64,000 bases of DNA from Marsupella aquatica (GCA_973895155.1 OZ316897.1:19533224-19597223), one strand, 5' to 3'; positions 35,053 to 48,827 are shown, counted from the stretch's first letter. Notes: generated from the sequence alone by a model not told the origin. A program made the numbers and translations.

Positions 35053-35566
35053 CATACCTAACCTAGACGTAAGAGTAAATACCCAACAGGAGGGCACTGC
35101 TGCCACTGCTTGTAGGCACGGATCGAAGACCACCATGGCATGAGCAGGGTTTAGACCTTGATGACTTAATGTACATGCCTGAGTACCTCAGGGCTGAGTG
35201 GCATCGACAACAGGATTGGTATCCGTATTTGATGTGGTAGTAAGATGAGGACATCTCACACCGGTCTCGCACCTGGCACCTGTGTCTATGACTATACATG
35301 ATTGGACTCTGATATGGTCATGGATGTACGTGCAGAGGCAGTACATGTGAGGACAGTGGAGGAGTTGACACCCTCAAACATTTAGGAATTTTGTCTCATT
35401 CACTTGAGAATAGGTACATGACTCAGGCACCTATATTTTTTGTTTTTTTGTTTTTTTGGAACGTTACGTATTTTGGCAAGTACAGTCGGGGGTGAAATCC
35501 TTAACAGGAAGTGTATTTTTCACTTGCATAATAAAATGACAGGGTGCTGAGTGCGTGTGTATAGTG

Positions 35567-38500
35567 ATGGCTCCAAGGTTGCCTCTTCACAACCCATTTA
35601 GGATTAGGCATCATGATTCTAAATTGTGGATGCGTGAACAAGCCCGGGCCGCCCAAGGTAGGAGTAGGAGGATGAGATGCCCATGCACACAGTGCCAAGG
35701 ATTCAAGTCGTTGAGTTTGAACACTGTGCACCTTCACCTGCTGCGGCATGAAAGGCACCCTCGGTGGAGGGTTTGGAATGTACCAGCAGAAGAAGACTCC
35801 TCTGATGAAGAGTGGAGAGCTGACTTTGTGGATTCTAATACAGCTAGGCGTAGAGACTACGTAGAGCAGGACATAGACTGTGCAGAGCATGGTCCTGGGG
35901 TCCAACATGAGAACGTGGATGACCAAGATGGAGATGCAGAGGCAGTCACTGAGGACGGTGGGATGGATGTCCCAAGAATGGTTCAAGAGATTTTTGAAGA
36001 CCTTGATGCTTTTTACGACACAGTGGAATCAGAAGAGGACAATGAACCGCAGCCACACATTGGCGACGGCCAAGCTCAACCTGACTTTGACATTGGGGAA
36101 GGTGCAGCAGAGAGGGAGTGGGTGTTTGGGGGCCCAAAACACATCAAAGAAGCTTGCATTCCTATCTACGAGGGCTCGAACTGCTCCAAGCTGGGTTTTG
36201 TCGTGTTGTTGTTGAACATCTGTGGCAATCACAATGTTCCCAATATATTTGTGACAGAGTTGTTGACCTTCCTGCGCCGAAATGTGTTACCAGATGGTAA
36301 TTCAATTCCAAAAAATATGTACGAGGCTAGGAAATTGATGTCTAACCTTGGGCTGAACTATGTGTCTATTGACGCATGCCCTGATGGGTGTGTTCTCTTT
36401 CGCAAAGAGCATGCAGATAAATTGACATGCCCTCATTGTGGTAAGCACAGGTACAAGAATGTAGGGAAATGTACACACCCTGCCAAGGTTCTTCGTCATT
36501 TTCCTCTCATTCCTAGACTACAACGTCTGTTTAGATGCCCTGCCATTTCCAAGCTGATGACATGGACTCCTGATAACAAGAGCAGTGATGGCCTGCAGCG
36601 TCACATTGGAGATTCCAACCATTGGAAATTTGTTGATGAGAGGTGGCCACAGTTTGCTGCAGAGAAGCGGAACTTTCGATTTGGTCTATCACTGGATGGA
36701 GTAAACCCATTTGGAGACAAAAACAACCGTTATTCATGTTGGCCGGTTACGCTGCTAAATTACAACCTTCCCCCATGGATGACTACAAAGAGGTTTTTTG
36801 TCATGATGGTGCTGTTAATCCCTGGACCAGCTTCTGTGACCGAGCAATTCATAGATATCATGTTGGCTCCAGCAGTGGAAGAGTGGAAGACTTTGTGGAT
36901 AGAAGGGGTGTTAACCCATGATGTTCTGAAGGGGCTTCTTCGACCCAGCCCCTTTAGACTGCATGCAATTTGTTTGCTGGATATAGCAGATTACCCAGGC
37001 CATGGCATCATATCTGGACGAGTGACAAAGGGCTATGTGGGGTGCACACCATGTGGGAAAAATGTGACAAGTGAGTGGTCGCATGCCCTGCACAGTATGA
37101 AATTTCAGGGGCATAGAAGGTATCTGCCTGTTGATCATCCTTACAGGCACACACGGTCTCAAATTGCACACTTCAACAACAAAACAGAGCTTCGTGGCCC
37201 ACCACAGAGGGTCACCAGAGAGCAAGTCCTGAGGTGGGCAGCCAGGAAGGCTGATTGGGACAAGAGAAGTGCCACTGATCAAGAACCTGAGGATCCAGTG
37301 GTGAAACACGGTGTGAAAAGACAGACCTTGATGGACTTGGAGTTGGAGTACTGGAGGGTAATGTACTTAGCCTCCAGCCCCTGTATGATTGCAATTTTAG
37401 ATTGGAGCAATGGTGGATTGATGTTGGTTACAATCCTCCTATGTGGTTAATTAGTGTTTCTGTTGTTGAATTCTTTGCTTTGTGGAGTGCAGGAATTCGA
37501 GCCCAGCAAACACAATGTGGACGTCATGCACATTGAGAAAAATATTTGTGAGAGCTTGCTGAAGTTCTTGTCGGGTGAGAAAGATACAGGAGCAGTTCGA
37601 GCTGATATGCAACAGAAGGGGATTCGCCCTCACCTTTGGTTGAAGCCCCATGCAAGCAATCCCAATGTACTTCTCAAGTTCCAAGCTCCCTATGTGTGCA
37701 CACAGGATGAATGGAAGACATTCTTGTATAGATTGAGCTGTCTGAAAGTGCCCTCTGGCTATGCTGGTGCCTTCAAGAAGCATATTACAAAGAATAAACT
37801 TGGCAGTATGAAAACACATGACTACCATGTGTTGATGCAGCACATTCTGCCCCTATGCCTCAGAGGTCTCATGCAGAAACCAGTCCGTAATGTCATTCTT
37901 CGACTGTGCAATGTATTTCGCCGTATATGTGTGAAAGTGTGGGATCCCCAAGGATTGGAGCAGTTGAAGCAGGATGCTGCTTATGTCCTCTGTGACTTGG
38001 AGATATACTTCCCCCCTGCTTTCTTTGATGTTATGACTCATCTCCTAATCCATGTGGTAGAAGAGCTAGGGCAGTATGGGCCAGTCAGTACCAGATGGAT
38101 GTACCCTATGGAGCGATACATGAAGTTGTTGAAAGGTCATGTGAGAACATACTACAGGCCAGAGGCTTCCATGGCATTGGGGTACATTAAGGATGAGACG
38201 TTGGGATTCCTAACAAAGTACATGGCTGGGTCTGGTGAAGCTATGACAAGAGTTTGGAAATCTGGTGAAGATGATGGAGTGAGTGGCGAGGTTGTTGAAG
38301 GTGTGGGACGTGCTGTTCAGCTGCCTGTTGCGATTCGAGACAAGGCTCATTCATATGTGCTGGCAAACACAGAGCCTATGCAACCATGGTGGAGGTGAGT
38401 GATTGAATTGACTTGCCTTTGTTGTGATGCTTCTTGTCTGTTCCAAGGGTGATCTTAGGTTGTCATGTGTTGTTTAGACCTAACTATGCCTGTACCTCAT

Positions 38501-39267
38501 AATGCAGGGAATATGATATGCAAAAAGCTGCACACTCTGGGCAGCAGGATCCCTTCCCACAGTTCGAGCAGTGGATTCGGGTGACAATTCGAGAGCATAG
38601 TAGACATCACCCAGATATGGAGAAGGATTTGTATCTTCTATCTGTGCCACCACGATTGTCTATTCTGACCTACAAACGGATGAGAGCTTATGGAAATCAT
38701 TATCGAGTGAGGGATGAGCAGGGTGACCATTGTGTATCATATGATTGTGGTTTGATTTCTGTGTTTGAGCAGAGAACCTCTGAAGAACAGAGGGGGTGGA
38801 TGAAGATGGGTTACGTGGGGGAGTTGACCGACATTTGGGTGTTGAATTATGGTAACACAAGTGTCCCAGTGATATTGATGAAGGGATCATGGGTGAAATC
38901 AGAGTGGCAGAGACCAAGGGCCACCATGAAGCGTGATCATGATGGGTTCTTGTTGGCCAATTTTAGGTCCAGAGTACCAGAATGGTCTGAGCCTTTTGTT
39001 TTCCCTAGCCAAGTTGAACAGGCTTTCTTTGCAGATGTGGAGGAGTCACATGGCTGGAGGGTGGTATGCCATAGCCAAGCACGGAACAGGCGGATGGATG
39101 GAAGTAAAGTAGAGTTCAGTTTGGATGACCACGCTGCATTCGAGCATCCTAGTCATGAGACTGTACTTCCAACTCGGGCAGGGACTGACTACATCCCCTT
39201 AACATTGAGAGAGACATATGATGAACCTGGGCAAATGGAATATGATGAGGTTGATGATTTGCAATAG
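35567..39267 (+). CDS. CACTA TnpD-like transposase; exons 35567-37357, 37493-38394, 38508-39267
   Basis: CPCTQC, IDACPDGC, FPLIPRLQRLF, SLDGVNPF, YNLPPW, DVMHIEKN, RWMYPMERYM, EPFVFPSQVEQAFF; GT-AG joins keep the frame. Confidence 0.93.
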
Positions 39268-39444
39268 GCAACAGCTGGCGATTGGCAAGTATGAGGTTGA
39301 GGATGACTACCTGCACAGAGTCACATAACGGGAATTGCTGCCTGGAATGATGTTTAGGATAGTTGGATATGCATGAAATTGATTGATACTTTGAATTTAG
39401 TGTGCTGATTCTCCCTGTTTGGTTGTGGGTGCTGTGCAGAAGCT

Positions 39445-42400
39445 ATGGGGGAAGAGGGTGATGACATGGAGACAGACATGGGGCTTGGAGAGTGGGGTGA
39501 AGAGGAAAGATTGGATATGGATGGAGACCCAGATGCAGGGGGCTCACAGAAAAATGCACCTGTGCAAGATGCACAGGGCCCTCATCAAGTCCCAGGTAGG
39601 TGGGCAGCTAGAGAGAAATCACATAATCCATACCCTAGAAGGAGCCAAAGTTATTGGCAAGGGACGCCTGATGATTATGATGATGACTATGATGGAGCAG
39701 AAGATGGATGGGATGAATATGAACACCCAGAGCGTGGTAGAGACGGGTACAGAGGGCAATGGAAAGGTGAGGAGGATGATTGGACAAGTAAGTGCCTTGT
39801 GCTAGTGATTTTGTGATGGTAGTAGAGATTTAGCTCAATATGCACTTATCTGATGTGTAGCTAGGGCAAAGAGTTTATCTTACAGGTCCATGAGTGTGGC
39901 ATGTACCTGTTGGTATGCAGACTCTGATTGGGACAATCACGAAAACAACAAAGGCCATCCACGTTCAGATAGGAGGCAATCATTCACAGGCGGGAGAAAC
40001 GCCCCTAATTCATCAAGACAAAGCAATAGGACAGGTGGTCCAGAACCATCTATGCGCCAAGGGAGAGGTAACTTGGTCATTGCAGAATTGCTCTGAAGTC
40101 CACTGTATATTTGGCAGCGGGATTTATGATTCATACTTACCTAATGTAAGTGACTATAAATGGATCCTGTAAATGTGCAGGGACTCCAGGGAGGTTTGGA
40201 CAATGCAATCCAGGCCGTGGGGGGAGATCAGGCCGTGGGGGGACACCAGGCCGTGGAGGGACACCTAGTAGCGCTTCAGGGAGTACCAAGGCAGGAGATA
40301 GTAACAAATTTGGTAAAGTAGAAGTGAATTCCGAAGGTTGGATAACTCCCACATGTGATGGTAAGAACCGTTGGCATTCTGACCTAAGAGGAGAAGTATT
40401 GCGTTGGTTAGATTTGAGCATTACAGAGTTTAGGAGTCAGAACAAAGCTGATTGGGCTGCTATCTGCAAGGACATTCTTGAACGGTGGGAGTATGTTGGT
40501 AATGATGGTAAGGGCCCAGTTGAAGATTGCATATCAGATTATGCAATGAGGATTTTGAAACAAGAGAGGCATAGGTTGAAAAGGATGTGGATAGACAATG
40601 GTTCTAACAGGAGAATGCCACCACCCCCATCATTGGAACTGGATCAATGGACACGGTTAATCAAAGGGTTCATGTCGGAGGCTGGACAGAGCAAGAGTGA
40701 ACTGATGTCAAATGCTCGAGGCAAAGTGAAACACCTTTCACAGGCTGGGAGAGGAAGTTATGCTCCAGTGAAAGAACAATTGGTAAGGCAGTGACATGCC
40801 TGATAGTAAGCCTCAAACTTATCATCTTGCTACCATTATTACATTTTCATTGACAATCAACACTTGGTTTCATTCATATGTATGTTGATGTGGACTGCAG
40901 AAGAAATTGACAGGTGAAGAACCATCAGCACAAGAAGTGAGAGAGGAGTTCATGAAACAAAGGAGTGAGGTGACAAGTGTAACTTCCAAACAGGTGATTA
41001 TGTTGTAATTCTGTATGTTCTGTGACTATTTGGCCTTGAGCATCAGAAAGAAATGTAGTAGGAAGTAAGCAACCAGTTCTTGGGGACAGTTATCTGAGAT
41101 ATGTAAGCTGTGTTATGACAGGGAACTGTTACAACTCTCACAGAGATGTGTGAACGGTTGAAGTCATTAGAGTGTGGACTCCCTCGAGTGGAAAGTAAAT
41201 TGGCTGATCGTTTGGATATTGTGGAGGCATCTGTAGCGAACCTTCTTGCATCAGTGGAATCTAATTTCAAGCTTGTGATTGAAAAATTGGGTGGTTCCCA
41301 ACCAAACAATGAGGGCAACATTGTACAAAGTGTGCCCTTGTTAACAAAAAAGGGAATTGGCAAATCTGACACAGGTATGGAAATGACACCGGCCCATTGT
41401 TCATTGTGTCCTATGTTCAAATGTTAGAAGTAAGTTTTCATGAATTGAGTGAATGGTTTGAATGCAGGAAGAGTGGAGGCAGAGAAGGACCCTGTAATCA
41501 GTAAGCAGAAGGGCAAGAAGGTTGCTGAGACAGGTAACCTGCTATGATCCAATACATTACATTTGAAAAGTGCATGGAGTTTTGTGAAGCTTAAGCCGGT
41601 TGGAGGTAATCTTTTCTGTAAGAACTGGTTGGATGAACTGGGATCTGAAGTGACATCATGATTGATGTATCAGGTGATTCAAAGAGCAATAATGAAGAAG
41701 ATGTGCCCAGTGCCTCAGTGACCATAGCCAAGGAGGTATCAGGTAAGCTGATGCTTTAAATTCCTCTATATGAATGTTGAGCAACAATTCAGTGGTTAAT
41801 AGATTCAACCTGAATATTGTGGTGTGTTTATTGATCAACAGAAGCAGACATGGAGCATATGGCAATGGCAAAGAAGGGGAAGAAGGCTGTTCATAATGGT
41901 AAGGAGATAGTGACAACTTTGTGGTTGGTGACATGTACATTTAGCACATGTGATGAGTGATTGACTTATGTTGGACATGACACTGAATTGTAGTTGATGC
42001 AGAGTTGACAGACTCTCAACCAAGTGGGAGTAGGGTGAAGCGACGTCGAAACTTGGGAGCAACATTGGATGCAAGTAAGATTGTAGATGCTTCAATTGAA
42101 GCAAGTACAATGTTGGCAGATACTGAGATGATGTCGCAGGGAAATCCTGCTACACAATCAGAAGTGTCAAATATGGATGCAGATTCTTTGAAGAAGAGTG
42201 TAGCCAATTCTCGATCACCAGCACAAAACACTCGTGCCAAAGTCATGACTCGCAACCAAGGTATGAATAATGTCATGTATAAGCCACCCAGGAAAGCCAA
42301 GAAAAACAGCCAGGGTAAGGTGGAGGTGATAGCCACAGCAGAGCCAGTCCATAATCTTCTATCATGGGAGGATGACTCGCAGGTATGTGTGGGTACAGGC

Positions 42401-42598
42401 ATTTTGCGACCGGATCATGCAAAATTCCATGGCAAAGTGGTCCCGGATGACCATGTAGTAGTGTTGTTGACTACAGTGATTGTATCTGATTGTAATTTGC
42501 CATTTCCGAATAGAGACGATGATCCACCTCAGGAAATAATTGCAGATGCAGTAGGATCTCTTGTGCTCTGGCCATCAGAGTGTGTTAGTCTGCAGTGA
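39445..42598 (+). CDS. CACTA second (TnpA-like) multi-exon gene
   Basis: Acidic and RG-rich exons; RHRLKR..PPPSLELDQWTRLI..SELMSNARGK..GRGSY core; C-terminal LPFPNRDD..IADAVGSLVLWP; many GT-AG exons (exact model uncertain). Confidence 0.75.
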
Positions 42599-43094
42599 CT
42601 GAATGCAAGTGTAGATAGCATCATGTGAATTGTGTCACATTTTGACATTGCCTTGGAAAGATCCAAGAAATATTTGTACCAATTTTTCCATTTGGTAAAG
42701 AGGATGAAGGAGACGTTGTGTGTGACATTGATATTTCTGAATTCTGTATGTATGAAACAAGTGATTGATGTCAAACTATGGCTCTATGGTGATTGTCTAT
42801 GATACTTGAATCTATTTTATCATTTCAGTATTAGTGTGTATGGTATAGAGGAATACTTTGTGACCTTCTTTGTAGTCTATGAAGTTTGAATCTGTGAATT
42901 CATATTAGTGTACATGGTATAGAAGATGGCTTTCTGAAACTATGTATTCTAATGTTAACATGATGAATGGTGAACTTATAGAGTGAGTTCATTCCAAGTA
43001 CACAATAAAACATGAATGCAATATGTTATTTGTGCACAAGAGTGGGTTCATTCCAAGTAGTATAGTGGGGTCTTCATCACTCATATCCAGTTGA

Positions 43095-43424
43095 CATAAA
43101 AGACTTATACATACCCCACAAAGTATATTTAAAGACTACCCTCCATAACCTTTTTAGTCGTTCCCAACGACTCATCATCGCAGCCCATAAAAGACTAAAA
43201 ACGACTCACCAAAGCTACCCACACAAAGACTAAAATAGACTGAAAATCCAGTCTATTAAACGACTTATAAACCAGTTCTATAAAGGACTCAGTTGATTAT
43301 AGTAACAAAACATACGACTCGCAGTCCTATAAAGGACTAGAGTCCTTCCCAGTCGTTTCCAAGTCCTATACGGTACTGAATAGTCGTTTAATGGGGTCTA
43401 AATACCCCCAGGTTTCTACTAGTG
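43095..43424. repeat. CACTA right subterminal repeats and TIR
   Basis: Dense AAAGACT/ACGACT/AGGACT and inverse AGTCGT/AGTCCT motifs, ending GGTTTCTACTAGTG. Confidence 0.85.
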
Positions 43425-43427
43425 TCT

Positions 43428-46400
43428 TTTGATCCGTGCAGCTGATATACCTTTGAGGGTAGAGTTGGACAATGCTCTAGATGTTATTGCTCCAGATGCG
43501 GATGAAGTCACTTGGGAACAAGCAGAAGCTGCAATCCACAAGGTGACAAAGCAAAGGAGGAGAAGGGAGGTCGATCAAGAAGCGGAAGCTCCCATTCTAG
43601 ACTTGAGAAAAGTTAGAGAAGAAAGCACTACTGATGGAGGAGAAAAAGAAGTCAAAAGTAGCATCACAGAAGGGGGCGACATAGCATCATTGACAGACAT
43701 GATAGCAAAGCTTGCTCTTTCAATCAAGCCTTGGAGAACAAAAACCCTGGTGGAACATCACTAGCAGCCTTGAATAAAAACTGGAATTGTTTGTGGTGTG
43801 ATAGCAAGGAGCATCACAGAAGGGATTGTGGAGAACTGACAGAAGCATTGCGACTTTGACATGTCAAGTTTGTGGAAGGGAAGATTGCATTTGTTGATTC
43901 TGGAGAGCCAATACCAATGAATGTGAACCGAGGAGGAATGAAGCAGATTGTGGAACAGAGAATGAGAGAGAAAGTTTCTAGTGCTGCAGCGATGTATGGT
44001 GATCCTTCTGTCTTCAGTCTTCAAGTTAAGAAGGATTTGCCTTCCATAGAGCATCTTGATATTATTGAGAGGAAGAGACTTGCGGAAAGTATCAGGAGAA
44101 AATCCGGTTGGGATGTGCCTGTGTTGATCAACTCTATCATTGCGGAAGTAGGAGCAACATGGAATGCCGCTGTGGAAGATAAGAGGAGGTATGAAGGCAC
44201 TTCTATGGAAGAAACCCAAAGGAGAGAAAAACAACAGAGACCCGAAGCAGGACCTCGCTTCACACGTCAAGCCAATGAGAAAGGAGTACGATTTGAGGAG
44301 CCTGAAGCATCCACAAGCAAGAGTCAAGAAGAAATCTCCCATGGAAGCTCAATGGATACTGACACCCCAAAGAAAGGTGCTAAGAAGAGCCCAGGCTATT
44401 TGCTTACTAGAGAGGTGGAGCAAACTGTTGATCCAGAAGTGATTGCCGAGAAATTTTGGCAGCAAGAGGCTAGGGGGTTCACTAATGGAGAACTTTTTGG
44501 AAGTCTTCGTTTAGACTTACAAGGCAAGATCTTGGATAGGGCAAGAAGAAAAAGGGTTTACAAGGAGGGACCTCATGCACTAACTGCCAAGATTCTTAGC
44601 TATGACTATGAAGATGATCTAGAAGATGAAGAAGAAGAAGAATTGGAGGGAAATGTATTTTGTGCTACCATGAGTCACCATGAAGCAACTTCAGGTATTC
44701 ATGGCAATGTAGCCCTACATGAGGTGGATTTGCGGGAAACAATCCGGCCGTATTGGGCAAGAGCTTGCCCGGAGATTGAGGTGCAATTGCTCAGTGCTGA
44801 AGGAGGAATTCGGGCACTCCTAGACTCAGGATCTGAGTTGAATCTAATGTCTAAAGAGACATACCAAAAAGGGCATTGGAAGATTGATTGTGACATCAAA
44901 TGGAATGTCAATTCAGTGGGCACAAGGGCAAATCCCTTGTGGGGAGCATGTCCCGAGATCATGATCAAACTTGGGAATGTGGTAGAAGCTATCAATGTCT
45001 TTGTATTTGAAAAACTTCCATATCCTCTTATTCTTGGTGTTCCTTTCATCACGGAATTACGAGTAGAGACCATGGTACTTGACGATGGTACTCACATGGC
45101 AAAAGTGAAGAGCAAGGATGACTTGAAGAAGATTCAATTTCCCACACTTTGGCCAGGTAGTACAAGAGATCGTCGGGAATTAAGAACAGTGGAGGAGTAC
45201 AGGTCCGATCAGAGTATGAAGGGTTTCGACTAGGCGTCCCGCTAAGAGAAACAAGCAGGCAGGACGCCAAGCCTTTAGTCTCATCTATGGAGGTTCATTC
45301 CTCTTTTATTGGTGTGAGTAGGACTAGTGAAGTGAGCTATTTTCATAAAGGTGGTGTGAAGAGGCGAGCTCAAAAGATGTTGGAAAAGAAAGAAAAAGAT
45401 TTGTTCACATCAGGAGTGTTGAAGGTTGAAGAGAGAATAGAAGGAGTACTAGAGGAAAGGGGATTACCACCCTCTCTTCGAGAGATTATTGGAGACATTG
45501 AGGAAGAAAATGGAGAAGTGGAGGTGGAAAGGGATGTGGATGGTTACATTGAGCGCTTTGGAGAAGTACACACAAAGTACAAAACAGTGGACAAGAAGGT
45601 GCGACCTGCAACAGTTCCCTTGCCATCTGAGGCTAAGGAAATATTGAGGCGAGCAAAGGAGGAGCCAAGTCTTAGAGATCATACTAAGATTGGGCATAAA
45701 TTCACTGAGGAGACGTTGCTCAAATTAAAGATTGGTGATAAGGGTTTACTAGAGGAAGAGAGAAGAGCCTTCAAGGAGATGATCATCAAACATGAAAAGG
45801 CCTTTTCCTTTTCCATTGGAGAGATTGGATGTGCTGATCCAAGGGAGATCACACCAATGGTAATCTTCACTGTTCCACATGTTCCTTGGGACCTTAAGCC
45901 AATTCCTGTGCCACGAGCACTGATGCCTAAATTGGTGGAGTTACTCAAAGAGAAGTTAGATGCCAAAATCCTTGAGAGATCAAACGCTCCGTACTCAAAT
46001 CGGTGGTTCACGGTGAGAAAGAAGAATGGGAAGCTAAGGTTCATTCAAGACATGCAGCCACCAAACAAGGTCACCATAAGGAATGTGGGCACAGGACCTG
46101 TGGTGGATGAGTTTGCTGAGGAGTTTGCTGGGAGAGCAATCTACTCCATTGGCAACTTATACTCAGGGTATGATCAGTTTCAGCTTGCCCAAGATAGCAG
46201 AGACATTACTGCTATGAGAACGCCACTAGGATTGTTGAGAATGTGCACCCTTCCGCAAGGTGCAACTAACTCAGTGGCCCATATACAAAATGCCATGAAT
46301 AGGATTTTGCAACCGTTTGTTCCAGAGAAGACTAGACCTTTTCTTGATGACATCCCCATAAAAGGGTGTTTGTACAAGGAGAGGGATCAAACACTTAGAG

Positions 46401-48655
46401 GAGATGGTCTAAGACAGTTTGTGTGGGAGCACTTACAAGATGTGGGAGCTATTCTACAAAGACTCAAGGAAGTAGGAGTAACTCTATCTGGAGAGAAGTC
46501 AGCTTTCGGGTTACAAGAGATCATGGTAGTAGGGCAAGTTTGTGGCCCTTATGGAAGAAGACCATGTGAAGCAAAAGTGGATGCCATCAAGGATATGGAG
46601 AACTGCAGAACTACCTCAGAGGTAAGGAGATTTCTTGGGGCCTGCATCTTCTACAGAATATGGATACCACATTTTGCTCACATTGCAGAACCTCTCTATG
46701 ATCTTCTAAGGAAGAATGTGAGGTTTGTATGGAGTGCAGGCCATACAAAGGCTATGCAACAATTGAAAGAAGCTTTGACTAGCTCACCGGTATTACGACC
46801 TCTGAAGTACAATGGTATTGACCCAATAATTGTGACCATTGACTCAAGTCCTCACGCATCTGGATGGGCAGTTGGGCAAGATGAGGAAGGACAAAGGTTT
46901 GCCGCACGGTTTGGGGCAAAAATATTTACAGAAAGACAGAGGCATTATCCTCAAGTAAAACGAGAGTTGTGGGGTGCGAAGGTAGCACTTCGCCAAGAAA
47001 GAGACTATTTGATAGGAGCAAATATAATACTGGAGACAGATTGCCTACCCTTGTTGGGAATGATAGCCAATTGTGATACTCCAGATATTGCAATGCTTTG
47101 ATGGATAGCATTCATCAGAATGTTTAATCCTGAGTTAAAGCACATTGCTGGGAGAGATAATCCAGTAGCTGATATGCTTTCCCGAGCTCGCTATAGGGAT
47201 GAGGAGGACCAAGGAATGTGCCTTCATAGTACATATGGAGAAGATGAAGGGGAATTGAGGTTTGAAGAGGAAGCTTATTCTGGGGAATTGTTACAGATAG
47301 GACGTTACCTTGCCACGTTGCAGAAAGATTCAACATGGAGTAAGCAAGACTTCAACAAAATTTGGAAAAAGTCTTACCAATTCATGGTAAGAGGTGGATC
47401 CCTTTGGAAGCATCCAAAGAAGAAGGGGCACATACTTCTAAGGGTCATTGGTAGAAATGAAGAGAAACACAAAATTTTACATGACTTACATGATTCCGAC
47501 GTGGCAGGACATAAGGGGCGAGAAGCTACTTATGAAAGGATTCGAAGACTATATTGGTGGTCAGGAATGTATGTAGATGTAAGCAAGTATGTGGAAACTT
47601 GCAAAGTGTGTCAACTCTACTCGAAGGTGAAGCATAGAGATGGACTAAAACCCACGTACCCTCTTTCCCTACACTACCAATGGGCTGTAGATGTGGTACA
47701 CATGCCGAGAGGAGTAAGAGGAGCCAAGTACCTTGTCTTGGCTATTGAGGACCTCTCCTCTTACATTGAAGGTAGAGCCTTGACAACAAATAAGACCGAG
47801 GCAATATGCAGATTTGTATTGGAGGACATCATTGCAAGGTATGGATGCTTTGATCGCATGAGGGCAGACAGAGGGGAGCTCAATGCAGAGGAAGCGGTTG
47901 CATTTTTCAGGAAGTTTAGGGTGAATCTCAAATTGACAACTGCTTACAATCCTGAAGGTAATGGCAAGAGTGAGAGGGGACACCAACCAATTGTGAATGC
48001 CTTGATTAAGGCATGCAAGGGAAGAACTTCACTTTGGCCAATTTTCCTTCCCCTAGCACTCATGGCACACAGAACAACTTGCACATCGGTAACAGGATAT
48101 GCACCTTCAGAGTTGATCAATGGTCAACTTCCACTTATGCCAATAGAAGAAGACATTAATAGTTGGAGGGCAATAGAGTGGGAGGATGGTGTATCTCAAG
48201 AGGATTTGATTCCTCGTCGCATAGAGCAGTTTGATCACACTCCTACAAAGATCCAAGGCGCCATTAAACAATTGAAGCAAAAGAGAATGGCTAACAAATC
48301 CCGCTTTGACAAGACCCATCGATTGAGACCCAAGACAATCCAAGAAGAGGATTGGGTCTTAGTTTCTGAAGGCGGACTCGGATAAGATCACTCCTCGATC
48401 AAGAAATTTGCACAACGTTGGAGGGGCCCATTTGTAGTAGTTACTACTCACCCAAATTCCACTTACACTCTCCGTGAATTGGATGGAGCAATTCATCGTG
48501 TGCCTTATGCAGGAAAAAGAGTGAAAATATTCAAAAGGCGAACACATTTTTTAGAGGAAGATCCCATCGATTCAGACCAAGAAGAGGAAGAAGAGGAAGA
48601 AGAAGAAGAAGATGAAGAACCTGAAAAGCAAGAGGAAGAAATATTCATTGAGTAA
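43428..48655 (+). pseudogene. gag-pol: Gypsy-2 rest of gag, protease, RT, RNase H and integrase (several stops and frameshifts)
   Basis: CLWCDSKEHHRRDC knuckle (~43785), ALLDSGSE, LPQGATNS, FLDD, GHKG..CKVCQ, WAVDVVHMP, WRGPF; stops at 45231, 47099 and 48383; first RT Asp reads N (IGNLYSGY). Confidence 0.92.
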
Positions 48656-48661
48656 AGTAAG

Positions 48662-48827
48662 AGATTAGTAGGGGTGACTATTAAGTGTGGTGCAGACTAC
48701 AAGATGCACAAGATTAGTAGAGGTGACTATTAAGTGTGATGCAGACTACAAGATGCACAAAATTAGTAGGGGTGACTATTAAAGTGTGGTGCAGACCGGA
48801 GGCTGCACAGGTTTAGTAGGGGTGATA
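48662..48827 (+). repeat. ~49-bp tandem repeat carrying 4 PPT copies
   Basis: TTAGTAG(G/A)GGTGA x4; the last copy abuts the LTR. Confidence 0.85.

Larger units (their letters stand above)
8166..43424 (+). mobile_element. Complete CACTA (En/Spm) DNA transposon; 35.3 kb, ~17.0 kb without nested retroelements
   Basis: Perfect 14-bp TIR CACTAGTAGAAACC / GGTTTCTACTAGTG; 3-bp TSD TCT (8163-8165, 43425-43427); TnpD-like and TnpA-like genes; subterminal repeats. Confidence 0.96.

Noticed and set aside
34815-35066. VVPNH-repeat ORF or CRISPR-like array
   Set aside because: Pure 18-bp tandem repeat with no unique spacers and no cas genes; the ORF is a by-product of the repeat
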